Positions 9,103 to 21,500 of a stretch of DNA of 64,000 bases are shown piece after piece (the stretch's first letter is position 1; each line of letters begins with the position of its first letter). Source of the stretch: Candidatus Omnitrophota bacterium. GTDB lineage: Bacteria > Omnitrophota > Omnitrophia > Omnitrophales > Aquincolibacteriaceae. The notes under the pieces were generated by a model. It saw only the letters and a list, made by a program, of their open reading frames with translations, did no database searches and had not been told where the DNA came from. A program made the translations under genes and the position numbers. The stretch is from contig JBDRCT010000013.1 of assembly GCA_043821445.1 (NCBI GenBank), positions 6,270-70,269 of the forward strand, written 5' to 3'.

Positions 9103-9528
9103 ATGATGAATAAGTTCATCCCCGCTCTTGTTCTTGTCTCAGCAATCGCTGGTTTTGGTATGGCGCGGTCCGGCCAGTACGATGAAGATGCGCGCGCACA
9201 GGAAAAGATCCAGAAACAGATGGCTCAAGAGGTTTCAACGTCCGAAAAACGCCATCCCGCAAAGAATTTCGCGACGGGCGTCAAAGAGGTCACGTATGAT
9301 AACGTCCGGGACACTTTAAGCGATACGGGTGGATCCACCATGCATGAGAAACCGGTGATCGGAACCTTGGATGGAACGCAACAGGCCGGAGAGAAGGTCG
9401 TCGATAACACCATCAAGGGCGTCAAGAAGGTCGCGTCCCTCGGCTACGCGAAGGATGACAGCTACGAGATCGAACAAGCCGAAAAAGGCTCCGGTGACGC
9501 CGCCAAGATCAGACTCTTCCAGTTTTAA
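9103..9528 (+). CDS. small secreted hypothetical protein (signal peptide)
   Basis: 141 aa. N-terminal MMNKFIPALVLVSAIAGFGMA signal-like segment followed by a hydrophilic K/E/D-rich region. AGAGG sits 9 nt upstream of the ATG. Confidence 0.5.
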   Translation: MMNKFIPALVLVSAIAGFGMARSGQYDEDARAQEKIQKQMAQEVSTSEKRHPAKNFATGVKEVTYDNVRDTLSDTGGSTMHEKPVIGTLDGTQQAGEKVVDNTIKGVKKVASLGYAKDDSYEIEQAEKGSGDAAKIRLFQF

Positions 9529-9551
9529 AAATTACGCGGCACTTCAACAAA

Positions 9552-9583
9552 AAAGCCGGGCTAAAAAAGCCCGGCTTTTTTTA
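9552..9583. terminator. Bidirectional rho-independent terminator shared by the convergent 9103-9528 gene and the giant ORF
   Basis: aaaaagccgggctaaaaaagcccggcttttttt: a perfect GC stem flanked by A-run and T-run, 24 nt after the plus-strand stop and 17 nt after the minus-strand stop. Confidence 0.85.
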
Positions 9584-9599
9584 TGTCTCGACCCGATCA

Positions 9600-12500
9600 T
9601 TAAGCCGCAACGGCAAAGGCAAGGGTGGCGTCGTAACTTCTCTGAAGGGCATTGACCAGGGACTCGGCCACGATCCAGAACCCATCCCGGCCTTGGCTTA
9701 CTTCCCGAAGCCTTGCATCTTCCCCGCCGGACCACGCCCAAAGGAGCGCTGCCGCCAAGGTCCCGCCATTTTGCCCCTGTGTTTTGAAGAAAGAGACTCT
9801 TTTCCTCAGACGCTGGACCAATTCCTGGGATGGAAGGATCTGCTTTGAAAGATGAATGCCCGGCGCGCCCGGCCGGTCAAAACTGCTCTGAGCCCCCGCA
9901 AGGCCCCGGTCGGTCCTCGTCACGTGATCAAGCTTCAGCAAAGCGCCAAGCTCTTGGTCCCGCACCTGGCCGCGCTCATTATAAACCACGATCCGGACTC
10001 CCTGCCCGGAAAGGGCCGCGTAAAAATATTCGTTCTTCTGCGCCACGGAAAGATTCGGAAAATCCTCGGCATCCACGAACACCGTTGCCGGCTGTACGCT
10101 CTTGCGGATGTCCCGGACCATTCTGTCGGCAATATCTTTATGGGATGTCGCGTTTCTTTTACCGGCTTGTATATTCGTGAGGGTGTGCCGCATATCCGTC
10201 TCAACGCGGACTTCGGAACGACGTTCCGAAACTGCTGCTGCGAACAGCGGATTCTGTTGCAACGGGCGCGCTATCGTCGCAAATAAGTCACGGGTTCTAT
10301 CGGCCCGCTTCATCGCCCAAACGTTTAAAATAGACGCGGTCGGCTCGTTCACATACCGCGTCTCAGGACGGATCTGTCCTTCGCTTTGCAAAGGCGGATC
10401 GGGACGCCGGCCTTCGGCCTTGCTTAAGGCATTACGTTCAACGCTCAACGTATTTTTTTCTTCCGTTGTACGTTTCGCCTTGCCCGTTGTGCCGGAAATC
10501 CCCCTCACCTCGGACCGCTTGGTTCCCTCGCTCGCTTCTGAAGGCCGGGCAATGATTCGATCCAGCTGTGCTTGTTCCTCCCGGAGATGGGGATAATCGT
10601 ACTCAAAAACACCGGACTCGTTCCTGAACATATTAAAATAGGCGCTGACCTTGTCATTCCAGCCATGCGCCGCGACAGCGGCCTGAAGCACGATCGTTTT
10701 CCTGTGGTCTTTGTTCCTGATCGCTTGGATCCCCCGGGTCACCGCCCTCAGAAATCCTTTGCCGTTGAATTCCTGAAAGAAAAATGCATCTCCCATCCCT
10801 CTTTGCGGGTCGAATTCATTCAGCGTATCGGCGATCCCTCCGACCTCGTGGGCCACTACCGCGGTCCCGGCCGAAAGTGATTCCAACTGGCTCAGACCTC
10901 CCGGTTCATATTTCGACGGCATCAAAAAGAGATCGCTCGCGAGATAGATCCTGAGCGCCTCACGGAACGCGATGAACTCAAATTCTCCCCGGACCCTTCC
11001 TGCGTATTTCGGGTCCGCTTCCAGAGCGCGGATCGCGTCCCTAAGCGCATACGCGCTTGGGTCGAAGTCGGCAATCGGGCCCGCGATCAAAAGCTGGACA
11101 CGGGGGTCCCGGTCCAGGATATTTTTCGCTTCGCTGGCCACTAATTCCACGCCCTTCTGGTCCGCGATCCTCCCGACCATGGAAACAAGGATGGCATCCT
11201 CCCGTTCCTCCAGGCCGTATTTGTTTTGAATTTCTCGCTTGGCGAAATCTTTGAATTGGGGCAAGTTTTGGAAAAAAGCGGCCGGGTCTTCTGTCCCGGG
11301 GTCACCCCCGCCCATGCGGATGAATTCGGTCCTCAGGGCTTCGATATCGATCCCGTTACTGATCCCGTAGACCTTTCCCTTCTTGAGAAAGTCTTCATGA
11401 AGACCGTTCCCTTTTTCGGGGGTCTGGATCTCGCGGGCATAACTTTTGCTGACGGTCAATGCGAAATCTGAATGGAGGATCCCTCCGCGGACCAGATTCA
11501 ACCGGGTCGGATGGTCCGGATTTTCCCCTTCGCGATTAGAAAGTCCCCTGTAGTGCTGCCCTTGCAGGCGGAACAGCGGCCACAAGTCGATCCCATTCTC
11601 GATCGTAAAAAAGCGCGCCTGATAATCGCGGCCTAAATTGTGCATGGCAAAACCGAGTTTGGGCACGAGTCCCGTTTCGAGATCATAAAAATGCTCGTCC
11701 GTGCGGTAGTCAAAATCTCCTGGGATCGGATCCGCTTTAAGATAAGCAAAGGCCGGCGCTGCCATCCAGTCATGAGCGAGGATAAAGTCCGGATAAAGGT
11801 CGAACTCCCGCATTACTTCCAGGCTTCCGCGCGACAAAAGGATCGACCGTTTCAATTGGTCGGAGGAGGAAACGCTCGGGTAGAGCCGGTTGGCCAGATG
11901 CGGGTGATAGAGAAAATAGATCGTAACCCCCTCGTTTTGAGCCCGGTAAACCTCCGCCGTCTCCGTGTGCGCGGGACTCTCAACGCGGTTCGAAAAGACA
12001 TTGATCGTGGGCCCCAGCGCGACCTGAACGCGCCGTCCCGTCGCCTCAAGCCGTACCGTTTTCCCGCCCATCTGGATCCCGTTCCGGAGAAGTTCTTCCG
12101 CACTCGTATGTTTTTTCCCCTGCGATTCGTTATAAAGAAAGGTCACGATACTGACTTCGGAACCCGCTTGCGCCAGTGCCTTGGGAAGGCCTTCCAGGAC
12201 CTGGGCCATTCCGCCCGCGATCGAGAACGGGGCGATTTCGGGCGAGATCATGACCACATGCCCGACACCGATATTCTCGATGACCTTCAGCGCGATGTCC
12301 CACTCGCTGCCCGCCCCCGTCTGCAACGCGATTTTCTTCAATTTGTTCCTGTAGTCGGAGACGAGTTGCTGCAGGATCGCGTCATTCCGGGTCACCTCAA
12401 AAAGCCAGCGGGACAGAAGTCCGGGCCCCTTGCCCTCCTCCGCGAGAGTCTGCCGCAAGCGGACCATCACTTGGACGAAGGTATCCAGATTTTTCAGACT

Positions 12501-15500
12501 GCTCTTTATTTCATTTTTCCACTGCGTTCTCATCTCAGCGCGTTTCGCAGCACTTGTGAGTGCGCCTTCCAATGGATGCTTCGGATCATCGGCGGCCCGC
12601 ATCTCAGAACGTGCAACGCCGGTCCCTTTACTTTGAAAATAATGATCGAAGATCCTCTCTGTCTCTTTCGCGGACAATGCACCTTCCTCATGGGGCGGTT
12701 GGATCAAAGAAAAGTTCCCCGGGAGAGGCTTCCCGACCGAAATCACATCCAAACCCGATAGATCCAAAAAGCTCCTGGCGACACCGTCCGCTTGGAATTC
12801 ATCGTCGAATACGATCATCCGTTCCCGGGAATGGCCCATGCCTTCGAGGTCCACGATGGCGTCATTTTTCCCCGTGGTCTTTTTACCGACCAATAAGACC
12901 CGGCCATCCGGACTTCGAAAAACCAGCCTTCCAAAAAATGTCGGCGATAACTGGCCACTTAAGGCCTTTCGCAGGTCCGAAAGCATGATACGTAGCTGCC
13001 ACCTCGGCATTTGGTTCTTGGGATTAACGTAGTAATCAAAATTAGGTGCATAGAGAAAGGGGGAATTTGTTCCGCGTGTTTTTTCTTTCTCAAATTGATC
13101 GAGCATCTTAGGCGTCGGCGCAAACCCGAATATTTCCTGCCACCGCCGATCCAGCTCATAAAGCGCGCTGACAATCTTCGGGCCCTCCCCGGCTTCGTCC
13201 TCTTTCCACCGTCTTTGTTTACCGTATCGTTCGAAATAGGCCTGATCTTCAACGATCTCAATCTTGTCGCGGTCACCGATGCGGAATGTGAATTTATGCC
13301 CAGCGCCCGACGAATAAAGCAGGAACCTGTCAAAATATTCCGGTTTAAAACCGGGATACCCGAAAAGGTTCTTAAGGAACCCTAATCCTCGTCCTTTTTC
13401 AAGGTTGGAAAAATCCGCGGGATTAAAAACACGCAGGGTATCGATCGCAACGGTCTTCCCTTCCTGAAACAGGCGGATCAAATGGTCGATCATCGCCGGA
13501 GAAACATAATCATGAAGAGTCACAAGCGTGTCGTCGACATCAAAAACGAACACATCCTTTTTCTTGAGTATCTCCGAAATATCTTCCCGGGAAGTGAGCC
13601 GCGGTGAAACGGTCGACCGCCAGGATCCTTCCGGTGATAATTTGAAATCGGCCCCCTCCCCGATCGAGATCTGAGCGCCTTGAGAAGCTAACTTAAATCC
13701 GGACCGCTCCAAAACTCCACGAACGGTTAAAGTCCCGACTTCCTGGTTGTTACTCCCCGCCAGCCGACTGAGCCAGCGAATATCTTCGCGGAACTCGTTC
13801 AAAGACTCGGCAATCTCCTCCAATTTGTCCGTGTACTGTCCTTCAAAAGAGTGAATATAATCATTCAGGAAGCCGATCCTATGGGCCAATCCTTCCAGCG
13901 TCATCATCCCCGGCAAAGAAACGCCGTATCCCAGAGAAAGGAATTGAAGTCGGTCACGCAGTTGCGGGTCGGTCACCTGCGGAACAACGGACCGTAAATT
14001 ACGCATCAAACTTCGCATGACCAATGGCGAAATCCGAGGCCTCCCATCGAATGGGTAGATGCAGTCGAGAAGAAACTTAACGGCTTCATTCGCGTTCAGA
14101 GAACCGGACTTTATCCACAGGGCCATGATCAACGCATACACACAGACTTGCATTGTCTCGGCCGCAAAAATGTTAGGGCCGCTATCATGCAACTCTCGCG
14201 CGGAATGCTCCTCCAAGATCCGAAGAATGTTTTCTTGAACGGTCCCCCACATTTCATCCGCTCGCGTCGCCATCGCCGTGATGGCCGCCGCACGAACCGC
14301 CGGGGAGAATCCGAGGACATCGTCAAACTGCTGCTTCTGATCTTCCGTCAGTGTGCGCTGCGCGGACCAAGACCGGATCTTCATGATCACGAGCTCGGGA
14401 TCCGTGTTTCTGTCCCAATGGTTCAGCACATCCAAAGCGTCTTTTCTTTGTCGCAATCGTTCTTCATAGGCCGCCGTGATCACAGACTCCCGTCCGGGAA
14501 CGGAGATTGTCTCGCGCCAATAACTATCCGACATAGATGCCGAACGCTCCCTCCAGACCAAAACCAATTTGCCGTCAAAGATCCGGACCATCTTTTCCAT
14601 AAGAAGCTCGCGCAAACCGTCCGCCAGAGATTTATCATCCTCTTCTGCGACCGCAAGACTCATCGTTCCGGACCGGTAAGCCTCGTCCAACTTTTCGATC
14701 CAGCGCAATGCCACCGGAGATAATCGCCGTTTCTCGAACGCATCCATGAATCCTCGAATCTCCACGCATCGTCTTGCCAGCCAATCCATCTGTTGGTCCG
14801 CACTGCCGCGTTCGATCAGCTTACGGGCATACTCCGGATCCAATTCTCCGAGAGAAAGGAACCATTTTATCCGCGCGACATGTTTGTCGGGAAGCACCAT
14901 GAGCGGAAGAACGCCGCGCCGGATCTGTTCTTCAGGCCCGATAAATTGTCCGTTTGAATAGAGGCTGATATAAGGCAGTAGATTGCGCCCTTCGGGTCCC
15001 CATATCTTTTTTTGATGATCCGCGGACAGCAACTGAGGAACCTTCCCGTCTCCCGCGTCCATTTTGATCCCGGAACCGGTCAGCCATTGTTTCATGAGCG
15101 GCTGTAGCGCCTGGAGTTCCTCCTGCGACACACCTTCGACGATGACATAAGTAGAGTCAAAATCGCTTTGGTCCAGTAAGATCCCCGCTGTCAGCGAATT
15201 TGGGAAAGAAAGAATCTCCTTAACGGAGGCCTGGGGATGGGTCCTGCGGACCTCTTCCTCAAGCCTCATGGTCGCGTATTTCAAAGCAGCCCACACGCGG
15301 CCGCTGATATTGTGAACCGGAACGCCTTCGTCGGCCGCATATTCAGCCATGGAGACCACCGGAACTTTCGCCTCTTGCCCAACCCTTTGGCGGCCATGGT
15401 AATGAGAATTTTCGATCATGCTCGAAGAAGCAAGGACCTTCACACCTTTTTGCTCCAAAGCCGTGATCATCCTCATCTGTTCTTCCCCGTCCGTCAGCTC

Positions 15501-18500
15501 GCCCGTGACTAAAATAACGGCATCGCCGGGCATCAACCGGTACATGCTGTACGCATAACCGTCCAAGCCGATATAGTTCACGGCCAGAGATGACATTTCA
15601 TCGTAGCCTACGGGCTCCGGACGGTTCGTCACACCGACAAACGGTACATGAGAAGCTTGAGAAAGTGCCACACCACCGTAGAAACCGGACGTCGATGGGC
15701 CTAGGACGTAAACCGTTTTTCCTTCTTTATAATATTCGCGTCGTATCGTTGCCAGAGGGGTCCCCAACACTTTCTCGATCTTCTGTTGCATGGCAGGTCC
15801 GAATTTCCGCAGCTGATCGGGGGTCAATGGAACGGTCATTCCGCGAAAAGCATGATCCGTCCAAACCCGTCCGGGATCGTTCCTCCTCGGATAGTGCCGG
15901 ATATCCAGATCAAGATCTGTGGGACCGGATAGGCCCTGGGCCTCGACCGATTCCGGCGGCATATAAAGCTCCACCGGCTGTTTGAACGGGAACATGTGTT
16001 GGCGGTCGAGCGCGGCTGAAACCTTTGCCAATTCCTCTTCTGTCAAAAAATCCAAATAAAAATACGGGACCGCTCCCCCCTCAAGCCTCTCGGAAGCTTC
16101 TTTAGAAGTCCTAAGAACTACCGCGGCGCCATCAAGACCAGCATTCGCGGCTTTCAGCATGTTCGCGATATTGACGACGACGCGACCGGTCGTGCTCTCG
16201 TCGTCGATCAAGAAGAACCGGCTCCCGGCGGGCACCACCATATGAGAGAAATATTCCGGGCTGTCCCGCAGCATATGTTGTTCTTCCATTTGAACCACGG
16301 ATTCTCCGGCCGGCAAGGTCGGATCGAACGGATCAAAACTCCGCTTGGTCAGCGTGATCATGGGAATACCGAGCTCCAAAGAAGCGAGTATGCCAGGGAC
16401 AAGTCCTGCGTTGTATTTTCCAATAATGAAAGAACGCGTCGGATCCCCTTTCATTTGTTCAAGCATGCGACGGCCCTCAGGGGTGCCTCGCAACTTTTCA
16501 AGGAGGGCGTGAACGATGCTTTCTCCCATGACAACCGAAAGAGGCTGGTGGCTTCCTGTGATCGGGACTCCCTTTTTGGGCGCATTCGAATGGAGCATTT
16601 CCGCCGGTCTGAATTTGGGGTGGAAAACAACGTTTACGGGCTGGATCCGCCCCTCATAAAAAAACATCCGTTTTTCATCCTCCGAAATGACCTCGCTGGA
16701 GGCTTTCCCAAAGATAGAACGAAGAACCCACTCCGGATCCATGCTTCCTAGGACATCTGCTTCACGACGGAAAACCCCAAGACTTGTCTCGCGCACGTTC
16801 TCTAAAATCAAAAGTTCCCCGTTGATCCGGATACGTCTTAAAGCTTGACTCACTGCATCTTCGCCGGTCCTCATTTCCGAACGCCGGGAATTTTCATTTA
16901 TCAGTTTAAAATACGCTTTTAAAATACGTTTTGCACGATCGGGTCCTGTGTCCGCATCACTGGATCTCAGTTGCAGCACCGGGACCTCTCCGGGAAGCGG
17001 CGCGGCGACGGACACCCTCGTCAAACCGGGCAACTTGAGTAAAGACACTTCGAGTCCGTCCGCCGCAAAATCATGCCCCCAAAAGCTCACCTTTTTCCTG
17101 GAAAGGCCCATCGCTTCAAGATCCAAAAGCGCTTCATTTTTTTGGTTGAACGTTTTAGCAACAACGATCCCTTTGCGCGAGACGACCCTAAACGTGAGGA
17201 GGCTAAAGACCTCAGGGGGCAATGCCCGGCTAAGAGCCTCCTTGAGATTTTCCAACATGATCCTTAACTTCCAATTCTCGATCTCCCCTTGCTTGCTCTG
17301 TGGGAAATACAGGATCGCCCTTTCGTCCTCCTGGATCTTTGCCCCACGTACAAAACCCTCATAATCACGGTCCGGATTAGGGAACCCGAAATCCGTCGAA
17401 AAACCGTTTTCGATCTCCAGGATCTTTCGCATGATGGCGGGAAGGTATTTTCCGTCCTCTTCGGAAAAAGTTTTCGAAGCTACAAACTTCGCCGAAAATT
17501 TCGTCTCCAGCACGGGTTCCACATTGAACCAACTCGGAGGCTGCTGGTTATGCCTCAAACGAAACCCATATTTGTAAGTCCCAAAGCCTGTATAAGCGAA
17601 AAGACGCCCGAGCATTTCTGGCTTAAAGTCGGGATGTTCAAAAATGTTTTTTAGAATGCCGATGCCGTCGCCTTTACGGATGTTCGCGAAATAATCCTCG
17701 ACCGTAAGCCCTCGCGCGGTGACCAAAGCCACAGTCTTGTGCCTTTTCAAAAGCTCGATGATCAGGCCGATGACCTCAGGATCAAAACCAGCCGGTGAAA
17801 TAAGAACGTCGTCAAGACCGAAGGCAAAGGTATCTCGATCTAAAAGCTGCTGCGCGATCTCCGTCTCGGTCTGCGTTTGGGTAGGAAGGTCCGGAATAAA
17901 AGTCGTCCCTTGGCGTACGAACCGGATCTTTTTCAAGTCCGGCGATCTTGCCGATTCTAGGGTAAAGACTGTACCGGCGCTGTCTGAGTGGAGTCCGAAT
18001 TTTGTAAGCATCCCCAAGGCTTGACCCCAGATCTTGGGATCTAAGCTCTGATTCATGGCGATGTTGATCACCTTCTGCACCGACGGTGTCACAAGTTCTT
18101 CCAAGACCCCCGTAATCTCCGTGGCGTAATTCGTCGGATCGCGTGGAAGAGTCTCTAAATAGCGACCGAGATATTTCAACTCCGCAGGAGGATGATTTTC
18201 TTCGATCTCATGGGTCATGACCGCGTCATCCGCTTGTTCCTGATGCCGCCTCAGAAAATCAAGCGCGGCGTCCAGTTCATCACGCCTCAGGGAATCCACA
18301 AAAGCGGTCCGGCCGATCCCGATCGGGACGACCATCATCAAACGGCCACCCTTATGCGCCTTGGCATCTTCCAGTCCTTCCCATGCGCGGTCAGGATTTA
18401 GGGCCGGATGATAGAAGGGCAATTTCAACTTGATATGTAACGAGAGAATGCGCCGGAAATCTTTATCGCTCAACATGCCGCGAGCGTGCGCGATGAAGGC

Positions 18501-21500
18501 AGACATCAAAATATCAATGGCCACCGCTTCCCCGTGAGTAAGCTCGTAGTTCGTCATGGACTCAAACTTGTGGGCCAACACGTGTCCAAAATCAACGTGC
18601 CGCATCAGGTTGTGTTCAAAAAAATCCATCTGCAAATGTTTCAGGAGCTCAACCGCGGCATCTTTAATGAAGGTCCATTTCGCGTCCCTGGGCATGTCAC
18701 GGATAAAGGCCGTTCCGTATTTTTCCAGTACCTCAAAGAGGGATGTGTTCGAAATAAGCGCTACTTTGATGATCTCCGCGATACCTCCCTGGATCTGACG
18801 TTCGGGCAGGGTCTCCAAAAAACGCGTGTCGGTGATCGTCGCAAACGGAGGATAAAAGGCTCCGAGAAAATTCTTTGCGGTCCTGTAGTCGATGCCCACC
18901 TTGACGCCGACCGCGGCATCGACCTGTCCTAAGAGGGTCGTCGGGATCCGGACGTACCGAACGCCCCGACGGAATTGATTGGCCACCATTCCGACCATGT
19001 CCATGATGGCCCCGCCTCCCACGACCACGAAAACCCCGTTCCGGTCAAGATTCCGTTCCTGGGCATAGTCGGTCAAACTTTTCACCTGCTCGGCACTCTT
19101 GATCTTTTCCCCGCCGTCCAGAACTTGGATCTCGCCTTTACATCTCCCTTCCATATGGTAGTGCTGAAGGTACCGTTTTAAAGGCTCCAGGACCTTGTCC
19201 GCGACGGCCTTTTCCACCACGAAGATCACATTGCGCCCTTCGAGAACGTTCGCCAAAACCCGGTTGTCGAGGTCAAAAGCGCCTTCCGTATAATAATTCC
19301 TTTGTTGCACATCATTCGGAGCCACCGCCTCGATCACGTTATGGCCGTGGGGATCCACATTGTCCCTGACATATCCCGGATCATAGGCCGGCTGCGCGGA
19401 CGCCACACCCTGTTTATCGCAAGCCATCAGGCCTGCGCCACGAAGTCCATTTTCATCATCTTTTTCACCCATGACGAACATTTTTTTCAAGTCGTCCCGG
19501 TTATAGCCGTAAAGTCCTTTACTGATCAGCTGTTCGATCACTTCGTCCAGATAAACCGGCTCTAGATTTTCGGCAATGCTTCCCATCCACACAATGGCGT
19601 CTGGCGCATTCTGCAAAATAAATGGCCCGAGAACACGGACCAAATACCCAACGGAGCTCTTCATGACTTGTATGGAAAAGCCGTCATTTTTCTTGATCAA
19701 TTCCACCAAAAGTCGCGTGAGAACGTCCCGGTCCACAGTTTCGATGGTCTGACCGGTCTTTTCAATCTCCGCTCTTAAGGCGGATCCTTCGTAAAATGTC
19801 CTGTATTTTTTTTGGCCGGCCATTCGCTTTGCCAGATTGGAGAGACCGCGCCCCGAAGCATAAGCGTTCAATTCGCCTTTCAATCCCTCACCCTGGATAG
19901 CATTACCGGCATAGTCAACGATCGTGTGGCCGATCTCCCCGGCACGACCCTGACGGTCGATGACGACATTCCCGTGAACCACGTCGAACAGCTTGGACCC
20001 GATCCCGCTGCTGACCGTGATCAGGGCGATCGTCCTCATCCCCGCGAATTTCGGGGAGCGGCCATAACGGTAGACTGCGGTCGTAAGATCGTTGACGACT
20101 TTCACGGGGAGCCCCCACCTGTTCTGGAGCACCGCATGGGGGATCCTGTTCCTGTCAGGCCCCCAGATAACCGAAGATTCGGTAAGATCCCCATCCTCAC
20201 CCACGGGCCCCGCAAATCCCATCGAAACACTTTGAATGTCCGGATGACGTTCCCGGTATTCCCGGATCTTCTGCGCGAGTGACTCGAGCCAGACCTCTTG
20301 CATTCGGTCGATCGGTTTGCCCTGGGCCTCAGCGGAAGTGTAATTGACCGTCGGAAATTTGATCGCGTCCGTGAGCTTCTCGCCGTCCCAGACGGCCATA
20401 CGCGTCGAGGTCCCGCCGGCATCAATGACCAATACGGGACCCTTTCCTGTCTCGGCCGGAATTCCCGGATCGAGGCGGCGCCGGGCTTCATCGATCTGGT
20501 TCCGGACACCGGTTTCGATATATGTAAAGTCTCTTCCGAGCAGGTTACGGCTGATCTGATTGGACTGTGGATTCGCGGGCGTCGGTTCCCCTTTCCACTC
20601 GATCTTACCTTTTGCATCCGGCGTGTGTTTCACGATCATGTCCCAGATCTTTTCCGCAGAAACTTCCGCCTGGGGTGCCAAATCAACGACCCGCTGTTCC
20701 GGCAGGTCTTTCCTGACGCCCAACTGATAGAGAACTTCGATCGCATCCTGGATGTAGATATAGTCGCGAATCTCCCGTTTCTCTGTGATAGTCCGGCCGA
20801 GCAGGCGTGCTTCGATCATCCGCTGCATCTTCCGTCCGGACAAATTCCCCGGCCCATAAATACTTGTGATCCGCACCGCAACGGCTTTTTTGAGAACACC
20901 TCGCTGGATGTACCGCTCCACAAGAAGCTTGCTCAATTCATAGGGATACACCCCCTCGGGGAACGGATACTTCGAAAGGATTAACTCTGTCAGCTTGTCC
21001 ATAGCCGTCGAATAATTCGGCTCCTGAAATAGTTCTGGATTTTCATCGATCAGTTGAAGAGCGCCTTCGATCCATCGATTGATCGCCGGATTCTTCTCTA
21101 TGCTGATGACACGCTCAGAAGAGGCGAAAATAAATCGGACGTCCGGATTGACCTCTTCAGCCATCTTCAGCAATCCGATCGCAGCCAAACCGTTCACCTT
21201 GAAATTCTCGGGATAAGTCCCGGCATCCTTATCCAACCCGACAAGCGCCGCCAAGTGATAGAACACGGGGCTCTGAGCGATCACTTTCTTCATTTTTACG
21301 CGGTCAAAAAGATCGGACAAATAAAATTCCGCACCAGAAGCTTCCCGCAAGGTCCTGTCAGAATATTTCTTTTTGGAATTTGGAGAACGGACAATGAGTT
21401 TCAACGGAGAACGCTGTGCTTCGGCATAGCGACCAAGCATGGCCCCCAAGTCCCCACTTGCACCGGTGATCACCATAGAAGTTGGCGAAGAGACTGTCTC

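Noticed and set aside
11640-12761. 373-aa plus-strand ORF, and the many other plus-strand ORFs between 9830 and 28724
   Set aside because: Inside and antisense to the giant minus-strand ORF, whose frame carries strong enzyme motifs throughout.
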